This document shows, piece by piece, positions 11,920 to 21,760 of a DNA stretch of 64,000 nt. Source of the stretch: an uncultured Actinomycetes bacterium (GTDB taxonomy: Bacteria; Actinomycetota; UBA4738; HRBIN12); contig CAVPLL010000010.1 of assembly GCA_963706005.1 (NCBI GenBank), positions 36,429 through 100,428 of the forward strand. The letters run 5' to 3'. The position numbers and the translations under genes are program-made. Position 1 is the stretch's first letter, and every line of letters begins with the position of its first letter. The notes under the pieces were generated by a model. It saw nothing but the letters and a program-made list of their open reading frames with translations. It made no database searches and was not told the origin of the DNA.

Positions 11920-12303
11920 CTACCCGGACGGCGGAGCCGATGAACGCACATGTCCGTTGAGATCGGCCGGCAGATGGAGGCGGACGATCCGTTCCACGAT
12001 CGGGAGGGGGATGTGGGTCACGGCACGGAACCCTTCCCCATCCGGCAGGAGCTCCTGCGCGACCGACACGGATCGCGGACCCTCGCTCAGCAGGAAGCCG
12101 ACGGTCGTGACCACGTAGTCCGGGCGGCAGTCGTCGGGATCCCCTTGATCGAAGTCGAACCAGGCGTCGTGCCACTCGACCATCGCGAGCGGGTACTCGA
12201 ACGGCTCCGGCAGCGGATGCGACCGCGGATCGGAGACGAGATCGGACGCGGCGCCGTCGAGCGGATCCAGTCGGCCGAACCCGTTTGCTCGAACCCTCTG
12301 CAT
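11920..12303 (-). CDS. Hypothetical protein
   Basis: GGAGG RBS before ATG; core VEWHDAW...TTVGFLL...VSVAQE...IP. Confidence 0.65.
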   Translation of the reverse strand: MQRVRANGFGRLDPLDGAASDLVSDPRSHPLPEPFEYPLAMVEWHDAWFDFDQGDPDDCRPDYVVTTVGFLLSEGPRSVSVAQELLPDGEGFRAVTHIPLPIVERIVRLHLPADLNGHVRSSAPPSG

Positions 12304-12483
12304 CTCGTCCTCCGGTTCCTCTGCTTATCGGGTCACACGGGTCGCGGGTCGATACCCAGGGAAGGGGTTTCCTCGGCTCGGCAGGTCTACGTCCTTCGGA
12401 CCTCGAGGGGGAGGACCCTATCCTTGGTCGCCGACACCCACCGGCGACGTGCTCTGTCAGACCCTCTCGCTACGGTTCCGAGG

Positions 12484-13824
12484 ATGGGCAGGGTCAGGAC
12501 GCTTCTCTCGTGCCGGGACTGCGGTCAGCAGCTCGCGCAGTGGGCGGGGCGCTGCCCCGGCTGCGGAGCGTGGGGAACGATCGAGGAAGGTCTCGGCGAA
12601 CGCGGCGCACCGGGCATCTCGTTGGAGACCCTCGCTCACGACGACGCGGACGAGCGCAGGGTCTCGACGGGTCTGCCGGGCATCGATCGCGTCCTCGGAG
12701 GCGGCCTGGTCCCGTCCACCGTCGCCCTGCTGGCCGGCGAGCCCGGCATCGGCAAGTCGACCCTTCTCCTGCAGGTCGGGGCCAACCTGTCGAGCGCCGG
12801 GTTCCCCTGCCTGTTCGCATCCGGGGAGGAATCGCGCCGTCAGGTGTCTGCGAGGGCACATCGGCTCGGCATCGACGGGTCGGCGCTGTCGTTCGTGTCG
12901 GGCCGTGAGCTGCCGGCCGTCGTCGACGCCGCCCGCTCCCTCCGACCGTTCCTGCTCGCGATCGATTCGATCCAGGCCCTGCGTGAGCCCTCGGCGGGCC
13001 AGGTCCCGGGTGGCCAATCGCAGGTCCGCGGGTGCGCGGACGCGCTCGTCGGGTTCGCGAAGGCCGAGGGGGTGACGGTCCTGCTGACGGGTCACGTCAC
13101 CAAGGACGGCGAGCTCGCGGGGCCGCGGGCGCTGGAGCACGCCGTGGACGTGGTGCTCGCGTTCGACGGCGATCCGCGTTCGGGACTGCGCGTGCTCTCG
13201 ACGGGCAAGAACCGGTTCGGCGCGGAGGGCGAGGCCGCGTGGTTCGAGATGACCGGGGCGGGCCTTCGCGAGATCGATCCGGCCCACCTCCTCATGCCCG
13301 GTGGGGGAGAGGCCGGCGCCGCGACCGCCCTCCCGCTCGCCGGGCGACGCGGGCTCGCTGTCGAGGTGCAGGCGCTCGTCGGTCGCGGCGAGGGCACGGC
13401 CCGGCGCCAGGCGAGCGGCCTGGATCTCCGCCGGTTCCAGCTGGTCGGCGCCGTGCTCGACAGCGCCGGGCTCCCGCTCGGACGCTCCGACGTGTTCGGT
13501 GCCGTCGCCGGCGGAGCCAGGCTCGATGACCCCGCGTGCGATCTCGCTGTCGCCGCGGCCGTCGCGTCGGCGGCCGCCGGCGCCCCCGCGCCCACCGCCT
13601 CGGCGTTCGTCGGCGAGATCGGGCTCACCGGGGTCGTCCGGCCGGTGGCCGGCATGGGCGTCCGCTTGGCGGCAGGCAAAGCCGCCGGGCTGAGGACGGT
13701 GTTCGTTCCCGAGGGCACGGAGGACCTGGACGGGCTCCGATCCGTCCCTGTCCGGCACGTGATGCAGGCCCTGACCTGGGCGGGTTTCCCGCCGCCGCCG
13801 CGCCGCGCCGACCGTTCGCCCTAG
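12484..13824 (+). CDS. radA: DNA repair protein RadA/Sms
   Basis: CRDCG...GRCPGCGAW zinc finger, GEPGIGKST Walker A, KNRFG motif, Lon-like C-terminus. Confidence 0.95.
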   Translation: MGRVRTLLSCRDCGQQLAQWAGRCPGCGAWGTIEEGLGERGAPGISLETLAHDDADERRVSTGLPGIDRVLGGGLVPSTVALLAGEPGIGKSTLLLQVGANLSSAGFPCLFASGEESRRQVSARAHRLGIDGSALSFVSGRELPAVVDAARSLRPFLLAIDSIQALREPSAGQVPGGQSQVRGCADALVGFAKAEGVTVLLTGHVTKDGELAGPRALEHAVDVVLAFDGDPRSGLRVLSTGKNRFGAEGEAAWFEMTGAGLREIDPAHLLMPGGGEAGAATALPLAGRRGLAVEVQALVGRGEGTARRQASGLDLRRFQLVGAVLDSAGLPLGRSDVFGAVAGGARLDDPACDLAVAAAVASAAAGAPAPTASAFVGEIGLTGVVRPVAGMGVRLAAGKAAGLRTVFVPEGTEDLDGLRSVPVRHVMQALTWAGFPPPPRRADRSP

Positions 13825-13972
13825 GTCGCGGGTCCCCAGGAAATGGTCGAATGGGGTCGAAAAGCGGCGGAAACGGCCTCTGACCTGGGGTTTTGATTTG
13901 CGGGCCGAGAGCGCCGCGTGCTACCCTGGACACGGTTCCTCCAGTCCTCGTCCGCCGACTCTAGGGGGTCTT

Positions 13973-14482
13973 GTGTTCCGAAAAGGCGACACGGTTGTGC
14001 ATCCGGAACACGGCGCAGCAGTCATCGAAGAGCTGTGCGTGCGGGAGTTCCTCGGAGAGAAGCGCAAGTACTTCAAGCTGCGGGTCTCCTACGGCGATCT
14101 GACACTGATGGTGCCGGTCGACAGTACCGAGGAGGTCGGCCTGCGGTCGGTCGTCGGTAAGAACGAGGTCAAGAAGGTCCTGAACGTCCTCCGCGAGGAC
14201 GAGTCGAAGATGGCGGCCAACTGGAGCCGGCGCTTCAAGAACAACATCGAGAAGCTCCGGTCGGGCGACATCTACCAGGTCGCCGAGGTCGTACGGAACC
14301 TCTCGATCCGCGAGCGCGAGCGCGGGCTGTCTGCCGGCGAGAAGCGCATGATCAACAAGGCGCGTCAGATCCTGGTCTCCGAGCTCACCTACGCTACCGG
14401 CGGAGGCGAGGAGAAGGCCGAGGCGATGATCGACAAGGTCTTGGACGAGTCGCACGGCGCCCGTGCGATGGCGGAGGCCTAG
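13973..14482 (+). CDS. carD: CarD family RNA polymerase-binding regulator
   Basis: FRKGDTVVHPEHGA, NWSRRFKNNIEKLRSGD, LSAGEKRM. Confidence 0.95.
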   Translation: MFRKGDTVVHPEHGAAVIEELCVREFLGEKRKYFKLRVSYGDLTLMVPVDSTEEVGLRSVVGKNEVKKVLNVLREDESKMAANWSRRFKNNIEKLRSGDIYQVAEVVRNLSIRERERGLSAGEKRMINKARQILVSELTYATGGGEEKAEAMIDKVLDESHGARAMAEA

Positions 14483-14576
14483 GGCCACCCGCTCGGGTCC
14501 AGCCCGCCTGGCTCACCGGCCCGTCTAGGCACGCCCGGTTCAAGGAACCCGTTCGGGGCGTCGACGTTCACAGGAG

Positions 14577-15671
14577 ATGCTCGCGCACGAGGAAGGCTCG
14601 TGGCGCGGTCGCCTCCGTGCTCGCGAGGCCTCCGAACGCCCTCCGTCCCCCCGGGGCCGCCTGGTCGAGTTCGTCCGCCTGATCTTCGTCACCCTGTTCG
14701 CCGCGGCCGGGTACACGGTCGCGACCCGCCTCTCGGCATCCCCACCGTCGAGGACCCTCGTGTACGTGGTCCTCGGGACGTCCACGGGATTCGTGCTCGG
14801 AGGCATCGTGGGTCGCCAGACCGCGACGGCCGTCCGGTCGATGGAGCAGGATCTCCGCAAGGTCCCCGCGGCCGAGATCGTGGCCGGCGTCGGGGGGCTC
14901 GTCGCGGGGCTCGCCGTTGCCGCCCTGCTCTCCGTTCCTGTGTTCCGGCTCCCGCCGCTCGCGGCCTGGACGAGCGTCGCGTTCACCTACGTCACGCTCG
15001 GCTACGTCGGCTTCCGCATCGGCCGGACCAAGAACGAGGAGCTGTTCGGGCTGATCGGGCTGAAGCCGCGGGCCGCCGCCTCGCCCGAGAAGGTCTCGGT
15101 GGTGGACACGAGCGCGCTGATCGACGGCAGGATCCTCGATCTGGTCACGACCGGGTTCCTGTCCGGCGACGTGCTCGTCCACACGGCCGTGCTCCGCGAG
15201 CTGCAGACGATCGCCGACTCCTCGGATCCTCGGCGTCGCGTTCGCGGGCGTCGTGGGCTCGACGCCGTCGGCGAGTTGAAGCGGGCCGCCACGATCGAGG
15301 TCCACCTCGTCGAGGAGGACGGCGTCGCCGACGTCGACGCCGCGCTCGTGCGGCTGGCGAGGGAACGCGGGGCCTCGCTCGTCACGACCGACCACAACCT
15401 CTCGAAGGTGGCCGAGGCGGTCGGTGTCCCGGTCCCGAGGCTGAACGACCTGGCGGCCGCGTTCCGGCTTCCGGTGGGGATCGGCGACGAGATGGAGGTG
15501 CGGCTGGTCAAGGAGGGGCGCGAGGCTGGGCAGGCCGTCGGCTACCTGGACGACGGCACGATGGTGGTCGTGGAGGCCGCCGACGAGCGGATCGGCTCGG
15601 ATGCGCCGATCGTGGTTCGAAACGTCATCAAGACCGCGACGGGCAGGATGGTGTTCGCGAACCTCCAGTAA
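14577..15671 (+). CDS. PIN/TRAM domain membrane protein (YacL/Ili family)
   Basis: TM helices, VDTSALIDGRI PIN motif, KEGREAGQAVGYLDDGTMVVVE TRAM, GRMVFA. Confidence 0.92.
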   Translation: MLAHEEGSWRGRLRAREASERPPSPRGRLVEFVRLIFVTLFAAAGYTVATRLSASPPSRTLVYVVLGTSTGFVLGGIVGRQTATAVRSMEQDLRKVPAAEIVAGVGGLVAGLAVAALLSVPVFRLPPLAAWTSVAFTYVTLGYVGFRIGRTKNEELFGLIGLKPRAAASPEKVSVVDTSALIDGRILDLVTTGFLSGDVLVHTAVLRELQTIADSSDPRRRVRGRRGLDAVGELKRAATIEVHLVEEDGVADVDAALVRLARERGASLVTTDHNLSKVAEAVGVPVPRLNDLAAAFRLPVGIGDEMEVRLVKEGREAGQAVGYLDDGTMVVVEAADERIGSDAPIVVRNVIKTATGRMVFANLQ

Positions 15672-15681
15672 CCTCGGCGAC

Positions 15682-16350
15682 GTGAACGGTGCCGTCGTGA
15701 TCGTGCTCGCCGCCGGACGGGGCGAGCGGATGGATGCAACGATCCCCAAGGCGCTCATGACGCTTGGCGGCGCGACGATCGTCGCTCGCGCTGTCGATCG
15801 AGCGTGCGCTGCGGCGTCCGTGTCGAGCGTGGTCGTCGTGGCTCCGCCGGGATGGGAGGACGCGGTCCGGCGCCTCCTCGGGCCCTCCTGCGTGGACGCC
15901 GTGGTCGCGGGCGGAGCGACGAGACAGGCGTCAGTGCGGGCCGGACTCTCGGTCGTCCCCTCGGAGGTCGGGCAGGTGATCTGCCACGACGCCGCGCGGG
16001 CGCTCGCATCATCGGGCCTGTTCGAGCGGACGCTCGAGGCGCTCGAGGGCTGGGACGGCGTCGTCCCGGTGCTGCCGATGATCGACACCGTGAAGCGTGT
16101 GCGGGACGGGAGGATCGAGGGGACGGAGCTGAGAGGAGCGCTCGCCGTGGCCCAGACGCCGCAGGCGTTCACCGCGGCAGTGCTCCGCGAGGCGCACGAG
16201 CGTGCCCTGCGGGACGGGTTCGACGGCACCGATGACTCGGTCCTGCTCGAGCGGGCCGGCTACCGCGTCCGGGCGATCGAGGGGGAGCGGACGAACCTGA
16301 AGATCACGACGCAGCAGGACATCCGGCTCGCCGAGACCCTCACCGGATGA
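15682..16350 (+). CDS. ispD: 2-C-methyl-D-erythritol 4-phosphate cytidylyltransferase
   Basis: LAAGRGERM, GGATRQASV, HDAAR, AQTPQAF, NLKITT. Confidence 0.95.
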   Translation: MNGAVVIVLAAGRGERMDATIPKALMTLGGATIVARAVDRACAAASVSSVVVVAPPGWEDAVRRLLGPSCVDAVVAGGATRQASVRAGLSVVPSEVGQVICHDAARALASSGLFERTLEALEGWDGVVPVLPMIDTVKRVRDGRIEGTELRGALAVAQTPQAFTAAVLREAHERALRDGFDGTDDSVLLERAGYRVRAIEGERTNLKITTQQDIRLAETLTG

Positions 16351-16823
16351 GGGAACCGGCGGTGGGGCTCGGGTTCGACGTGCACGCGTTCGCGCCCGGG
16401 CGCCCGCTGCTGCTCGGCGGGGTCCACTTCGAGGCGCGGGAGGGGCTAGCCGGCCATTCCGATGGCGACGTCGTCTGTCACGCGCTCGCCGACGCGATGT
16501 TGGGAGCCGCCGGGCTCGGCGACATCGGGGAGCACTTCCCCGATACCGATCCGGCGTTCGAAGGGATCGGGGGGCTCGACCTGCTCGGGCGCGTCGCCGG
16601 GATGGTCCGTGCCGCCGGCTACCGTCCGGCGTCCGCCGACCTCACGCTCATCGCGGACCGCCCCGCGATCTCGCCGGTCCGAGACACGATGCGGCGGACG
16701 TTGTGCGACGCCCTCGGCCTTGCGACGGAGCGCGTCTCGGTCAAGGCGACGCGGCCGGAAGGCCTCGGGCTGTCCGGCGACGGCATCGGCTGCATCGCGC
16801 TCGCCGTGCTGGCGCGGTCGTGA
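16347..16823 (+). CDS. ispF: 2-C-methyl-D-erythritol 2,4-cyclodiphosphate synthase
   Basis: GFDVHAF, GHSDGDVVCHALADA, GDIGEHFPD, VSVKAT. Confidence 0.95.
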   Translation: MREPAVGLGFDVHAFAPGRPLLLGGVHFEAREGLAGHSDGDVVCHALADAMLGAAGLGDIGEHFPDTDPAFEGIGGLDLLGRVAGMVRAAGYRPASADLTLIADRPAISPVRDTMRRTLCDALGLATERVSVKATRPEGLGLSGDGIGCIALAVLARS

Positions 16824-17575
16824 CCGAACCCGTCGTCGCCGGCCGCCGACCCGTCCTGGAGGCGGTGCGTTCGGGCCGGGCGAGCGACGTGCTCGTGGCC
16901 CGGGGCGCGCGTTCGACCGAGGGCCTGCGGGACGTGCTCGCCGCCTGCCGGGACGCCGGTCTCCGGGTCCGTGAGGTCGACCGGTCCGAGCTCGACGGGC
17001 TCGCGCCCGATCACCGCGGTGTCGTCGCCGTGGTGGGAGCGACGGAGCCGATCGGCGAGCGTGAGCTAGCGACCTGGCCGTTCGGGGCGGACGATCTGGT
17101 CGTCGTCCTCGACGGCATCAGCGATCCGCAGAACCTGGGGGCCGCGGCCCGCACGGCCGAGGCATCGGGCGCGATGATGCTCGTCACCCGCACGCGGAGG
17201 GCCGCCGACGTCACTCCCGCCGCGATCCGTGCCTCCGCCGGCGCGCTCCTGCACCTGCCGCACGCCCGCGTCGCGAACATCGCACGCGCGCTCGAACGTC
17301 TGCGCGAGGCCGGCTTCACGGTCGTGGGCCTCGACGAGCGCGCCGAGCGCTCCGTGTTCGAAGAGGAGCCGCCGCAAGGGCGCGTCGCGGTGGTGCTCGG
17401 CTCCGAGGGAGCGGGGCTCGGCCGGCTCACGCGGGCCGCCTGCGACCTGCTCGTGCGGCTGCCGATGCGCGGCCACGTGGGCTCGCTGAACGCATCGGCA
17501 TCGCTCGCGGCCGCGCTGTACGGCTTCGTGTTGCCGGGCCGGTCCGTCGAGCGCTCCGACGACGAAGCCCGGTAG
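16820..17575 (+). CDS. rlmB: 23S rRNA (guanosine-2'-O)-methyltransferase RlmB (SpoU family)
   Basis: LDGISDPQNLGAAARTA, VLGSEGAGL, SLNASAS; GTG overlaps ispF stop. Confidence 0.9.
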   Translation: MTEPVVAGRRPVLEAVRSGRASDVLVARGARSTEGLRDVLAACRDAGLRVREVDRSELDGLAPDHRGVVAVVGATEPIGERELATWPFGADDLVVVLDGISDPQNLGAAARTAEASGAMMLVTRTRRAADVTPAAIRASAGALLHLPHARVANIARALERLREAGFTVVGLDERAERSVFEEEPPQGRVAVVLGSEGAGLGRLTRAACDLLVRLPMRGHVGSLNASASLAAALYGFVLPGRSVERSDDEAR

Positions 17576-17648
17576 CCCGCCTGCCCCGGGCAGGCCCGGG
17601 CCGTAGGGTTCGGCGACGGCGCGGCTGGGGCCGCCCACGAGGGGAGAG

Positions 17649-18034
17649 ATGGATCAGTCACCACGTCCTGCGTCCGCGCGCCCGGGGGTCGTCACGACGG
17701 TCGCGGTCCTCATGTTCATCGGCGGAGCGTTCTCGATCCTGGGCGGGCTGCTCGCGATCGCCGGGGGTGGCTACCTCGCCTCCTACGACGCTACGGGCAC
17801 GCTCATCGTGTTCGGCGTCATCGCGATCGCCATCGGGGCGGTCCAGATCTGGGCGGGCTCGGGCATCCTCAAGCTTCGCGAGCAGGCCCGTCTGGTCGGC
17901 ATCGTGATCGCGGGCGTGAGCGCGCTCATGACCATCATCACCATCGCGAGCGGCGCGAGCGGCGGGATCCTCGGGCTCGCGATCGAGGGTTCGTGATCTG
18001 GGCGCTCGTCACCAACAAGGGACTCTTCGCGTAG
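17649..18034 (+). CDS. Small multi-TM membrane protein (frameshift near 17990)
   Basis: RPGVVTTVAVLMFIGG start with hydrophobic helices; the last helix FVIWALVTNKGLFA* lies in a shifted frame ending at TAG 18034. Confidence 0.7.
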
Positions 18035-18067
18035 CTCTCCAGTCACCACTGCTAGGCTCGCTCGGGC

Positions 18068-18139
18068 GCCGGCGTAGCTCAGGGGCAGAGCAGCTGTCTT
18101 GTAAACAGCAGGTCGTCGGTTCGAATCCGACCGCCGGCT
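18068..18139 (+). tRNA. tRNA-Thr (anticodon UGU)
   Basis: GCCGGCG acceptor stem pairs with CGCCGGC; TAGCTCAG D-arm; anticodon loop CTTGTAA; GGTTCGAATCC T-arm. Confidence 0.95.
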
Positions 18140-18565
18140 CGGCTCGTTCCCGCTGCTAGAGGGCCACATTCGCGCCATTGCGCGTACCGCCCGCTCTTGC
18201 GGCTCGGCCTTGGAGGCAGCACCCTGGCAGTCTCAGCTGCTGGCTGGTCCGTTGGGCGGCGAGCCTGACACCGGGCCGTCCCACCCACCCCATCCTCCCT
18301 GGTCAGAGGGCATGGGGGGTACCCCGGGGTCGTAAGAGCTAGTTGCGTGGGTATAGGTGTGTGTGTCCCCAGATCTCTACGGAGACCCGATTGCGCTTGC
18401 GGCGCAAGAGATCGGGAGGCTACGGCTCTGAGACCACCAACGAGATCCGAGCCAGGGGGTTTCGGTGATCTGAGACGCGCAAAGGGGTTCCTGAGAGCGA
18501 GAACGGCCTATCTTCGACCTTCTTAGGAAGCTGAGTAGGGGTGAAGAGGTGCGGTTGTTCAGTTC

Positions 18566-18829
18566 CTAGAAGAGTTGGTCCAAGACCACCGCGACATAGA
18601 TGAGCTGCCCACCGCCGAGCACGATGCCCCACCAGCCGGTCCGGTTGCCAAGGCGAACGGCGACGATCCCAGCCACGAGCGCGACCGGACCGGACAAGAT
18701 CGGCAGGATGACGAAGCCCAAGATGCCGGTCGCCAGAGCGACGATGCCCCACGCCCTCGCTGCCTCGGGGTGGGGAGGCACCCGTCTGGCCGGGGGAGGC
18801 GGTACACCACACCCCTCGTGGACTGCCAT
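18566..18829 (-). CDS. Small membrane protein, DUF4190-like
   Basis: GIVALATGILG...GPVALVAGIVA...GIVLG pattern; start uncertain. Confidence 0.55.
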   Translation of the reverse strand: MAVHEGCGVPPPPARRVPPHPEAARAWGIVALATGILGFVILPILSGPVALVAGIVAVRLGNRTGWWGIVLGGGQLIYVAVVLDQLF

Positions 18830-19006
18830 GAGCAGAACCAACCTAACCCCCCGTGACCGAGGCCAGCCAGGCCGAACGTCCCTGCTCTCGCGCCCTGCAT
18901 GGGCGCTTCGGTCCAGGGGTGCCTCCACGCTGGGGTCCTTCGGCCTTACTCCCCAGATGGTCGCCACTACCTTGGGACACGATGGCAGTTCCAGGGAGGG
19001 TTCCGC

Positions 19007-19732
19007 ATGAAGCTTCGTCGTTCTCTCGTCGTCGCGGTAACCGCAGGCGCGGCGATCAGCATTCCGGTCTCAGCTCAGGCGCAGTCTGACACGACCCCGC
19101 CGAGCATCCATTCGGTGACGGTTTCGCCGGTGGAGGTGGATGCGTCGACGGCTTCACAGAGCGTGACCGTCACCGCCGTGATCACCGATGATCTGTCGGG
19201 CGTTTCCGTCAACTCCAGTGCCGATATCTACTCACCCTCGGGCAACCAATGGACGTATGGCTTCTTCAACCTCGTCTCGGGCGACACGTACTCGGCCACG
19301 ATCGTCATACCGCAGTTCGCCGAGAGCGGAGTCTGGCGGGATTGGGAGTTCTACCTCGAAGACAACGTCTCGAATCTCACGATCGTCGATGAATACGAAC
19401 TCCTTCAGGCGGGCATCAACGTCGCTGTGGGTGTCGATCCGTTCGATGCCACCGCTGGTCGAACGATGTCGCTCCGTGTTGGGAGAACGAGAGTATCGGG
19501 CCACCTGGACTCATCCCTTGATTCGACGTGCTTCTGGTACGTGCCCATCACGATCGAGCGTAGGACCACCTCTGGGTGGAGGCAGGTCGGTTCAGGGCTC
19601 ACGTCCTTCACAGGAGGGTTCTCGCTCCACACCGGGAGGTCGGGGAAATACCGCGCCACCGCTCCGGAGTTCGCGATTGGGACGCCCACAATCATGACTT
19701 GCGCACGCGTGTCGAAGACCGCAGGTTCCTGA
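19007..19732 (+). CDS. Secreted protein with probable Ig-like beta-sandwich domains
   Basis: GGAGG RBS, signal peptide MKLRRSLVVAVTAGAAISIPVSAQA, DTTPPSIHSVTVSP...DDLSGV motif. Confidence 0.75.
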   Translation: MKLRRSLVVAVTAGAAISIPVSAQAQSDTTPPSIHSVTVSPVEVDASTASQSVTVTAVITDDLSGVSVNSSADIYSPSGNQWTYGFFNLVSGDTYSATIVIPQFAESGVWRDWEFYLEDNVSNLTIVDEYELLQAGINVAVGVDPFDATAGRTMSLRVGRTRVSGHLDSSLDSTCFWYVPITIERRTTSGWRQVGSGLTSFTGGFSLHTGRSGKYRATAPEFAIGTPTIMTCARVSKTAGS

Positions 19733-19759
19733 GGACCTTGGGGTACCCGCCTCTACGCT

Positions 19760-19942
19760 TCAGCAGAAGATGCTCACGCCACCAGGGCCGATGAGCAACC
19801 CCACGATGATCAACGCGATGCCGTACAGGACGGCGCCACGGAGGAGCGTCACGATCCCAGCGATCACGAGGATCGCGGCGATGATCCACAGGATCGTGTT
19901 GAGGCCGCCTCCGCACGCCTTGGCTGCGACGAGGAATTCCAC
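19760..19942 (-). CDS. GPGG-motif small membrane protein
   Basis: ILWIIAAILVIAGIVTLLRGAVLYGIALIIVGLLIGPGGVSIF matches the actinobacterial GPGG small protein pattern. Confidence 0.8.
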   Translation of the reverse strand: MEFLVAAKACGGGLNTILWIIAAILVIAGIVTLLRGAVLYGIALIIVGLLIGPGGVSIFC

Positions 19943-20322
19943 CCTTCGTCCCCCTTCTTCTGTCGGATTCCGTCGGAGTGTCCCGGCAAAACTACCCGTT
20001 CTCTCGCGGAGCAGGCTTCGCCGCGTTGGTCGGAAGCGACGTTAGAGGGAGCCTCGCGGCTTCCCCGACGCGAGGCTCCCTCGGCTAGTCCGACCACCGA
20101 CTGAACAGGGGGAGGCCGGGTCCAGCCGCCCGTAACCTACTCGGTTCCGCGAACCGCCGATGGGTGGAGACATCGGCACGGAAGTGGCGAGCTGCTAGGC
20201 CATGGCGTTAGGCCTCTACAGTTCCTTCCACGGGGTACGGTCAACGACGTCTCGTGTGAGTGTGGAGACCTGCGCGTTCGTGTAATCGATGCTGCTACAT
20301 GAAACGCTCCGAGCTATCGCGC

Positions 20323-20362
20323 AAACAGCAGGTCGTCGGTTCGAATCCGACCGCCGGCTCCA
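20323..20362 (+). repeat. Duplicated 3' half of tRNA-Thr (attR-like), ending in CCA
   Basis: Identical to 18103..18140, then CA. Confidence 0.9.
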
Positions 20363-20396
20363 GCCATCAAGGAGGGACAGCCGTCGTGCCGATGCC

Positions 20397-21344
20397 ATGA
20401 CCATGCGCTACCTGAGCCGGGTGCTCGGACCTCTGGTCAGTCTCCTCCTCCTCGGGACGGCGCTGATCCCGTCGGCCGCCCTCGCCGAGCCGGTACCCGC
20501 TTCGCGCTGCCGGGTCTTCCCGGCGTCGAACATCTGGAACACACGCGTCGACACGCTCCCGGTCCACGAGATGAGCGACACGTGGCTCCGGTCGGCCCAC
20601 GCGGCAACGACCGACCTGCATCCGGACTTCGGCCCGCCCGGGTATGGGCTGCCGTTCGACGTCGTGGGTCGTCACCACGCGAGGGTCCACCTCGATTTCA
20701 CCTATGCGGATGAGAGCGACCCCGGTCCGTACCCGTTCGACGGGCGGACGCCGATCGAGGGTGGCTCTGACCGTCACGCGCTGATCGTGCAGCGTGGCAC
20801 GTGCCGGCTCTACGAGTTGTTCGCGGCCGATTGGAACGACGGCGACCCGCAGGCCGGGAGCGGCGCGATCTTCGACCTGGATTCGAACCGCCTGCGCCCC
20901 GAGACCTGGACCTCAGCCGACGCCGCCGGTCTTCCGATCCTCGCGGGTCTCGTGCGCTGGGACGAGGTGGAGGCGGGCAGCATCCGTCACGCGATCCGGT
21001 TCACCCTGTCGTGCACGACGCAGGCGTTCGTCTGGCCGGCCCGCCACGAGGCCGGCGTGGACGACCCCGACTGCCCGCCGATGGGCGCCAGGTTCCGGCT
21101 CAAGGCGGACTTCGACCTCGACGGCTTCAGCCCGCGGGCCCGGACGATCCTTCGAGCGATGCAGCGCTACGGGCTGATGCTCGCCGACAACGGCTCCGAC
21201 TGGTACTTCCAGGGCACGCGCGACCCGCATTGGCGGAACCATCTCCTCGACCAGCTCAAGACCGTGCCGGCGTCGGCGTTCGAGGCCGTGGACGTGAGCG
21301 CGTGCATGGTCGACGTCGATTCCGGCGAGGCCGATTGCCCCTGA
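20397..21344 (+). CDS. Conserved secreted hypothetical protein
   Basis: Signal peptide; FPASNIWNTRVD, SDRHALIV..CRLYEL, SADAAGLP, PPMGARFRLK, ADNGSDW. Confidence 0.8.
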   Translation: MTMRYLSRVLGPLVSLLLLGTALIPSAALAEPVPASRCRVFPASNIWNTRVDTLPVHEMSDTWLRSAHAATTDLHPDFGPPGYGLPFDVVGRHHARVHLDFTYADESDPGPYPFDGRTPIEGGSDRHALIVQRGTCRLYELFAADWNDGDPQAGSGAIFDLDSNRLRPETWTSADAAGLPILAGLVRWDEVEAGSIRHAIRFTLSCTTQAFVWPARHEAGVDDPDCPPMGARFRLKADFDLDGFSPRARTILRAMQRYGLMLADNGSDWYFQGTRDPHWRNHLLDQLKTVPASAFEAVDVSACMVDVDSGEADCP

Positions 21345-21374
21345 GGGGACCCGGTCTCCGGGTCCCCTCAGGGG
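21338..21374. terminator. Bidirectional terminator-like hairpin
   Basis: 17-bp perfect stem cccctgaggggacccgg / ccgggtcccctcagggg between convergent genes. Confidence 0.75.
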
Positions 21375-21667
21375 ATGGGGCGCCCGCCGATGAGGAGGCG
21401 GACGCGACCTTCCAGAGGTAGCCGTCCGGGTCGCTGAAGTACCCGGAGTAGCCCCATCGAGCGGGCACCGCTTCCTTCACGATGCCGCCACCCGCCGCCA
21501 CGGCCTTGCCCATGACCTCGTCCACCGCGTCGCTCGACGGGACGATGTGATGGAACGACACCCCCCTGAACCCGGAGCCCTCGGAGGGAACCCCGGCGTC
21601 TCGGGCCGCCGCTTCCCGTTCGTAGGCCAGCGAGGAGGATCATGATCGCGGTCACCTGCAGAGGCAT
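21368..21667 (-). pseudogene. VOC/glyoxalase family gene with internal deletion and frameshift
   Basis: MPLQVTAIMI is joined almost directly to YEREAAARDAGV...GFRGVSFHHIV...WGYSGYFSDPDGYLWKVA in another frame; most of the first VOC half is missing. Confidence 0.7.
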
Positions 21668-21760
21668 GTCCGACCCTTTCCCGCGTCTCGTCGATCCCAC
21701 CCAACCGGTATGATGGACCGAGGCGCCAACGTGTGACCGGGTCCACCGATCTCACCCGGC

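Larger units (their letters stand above)
18103..20360. mobile_element. Small genomic islet or integrated-element remnant in tRNA-Thr, bounded by a 38-bp direct repeat; no integrase seen
   Basis: aaacagcaggtcgtcggttcgaatccgaccgccggctc at 18103..18140 and 20323..20360; interior visibly less GC-rich. Confidence 0.8.

Noticed and set aside
20323-20362. Second tRNA gene
   Set aside because: Only the 3' half is present; upstream sequence cannot form the D-arm or acceptor stem
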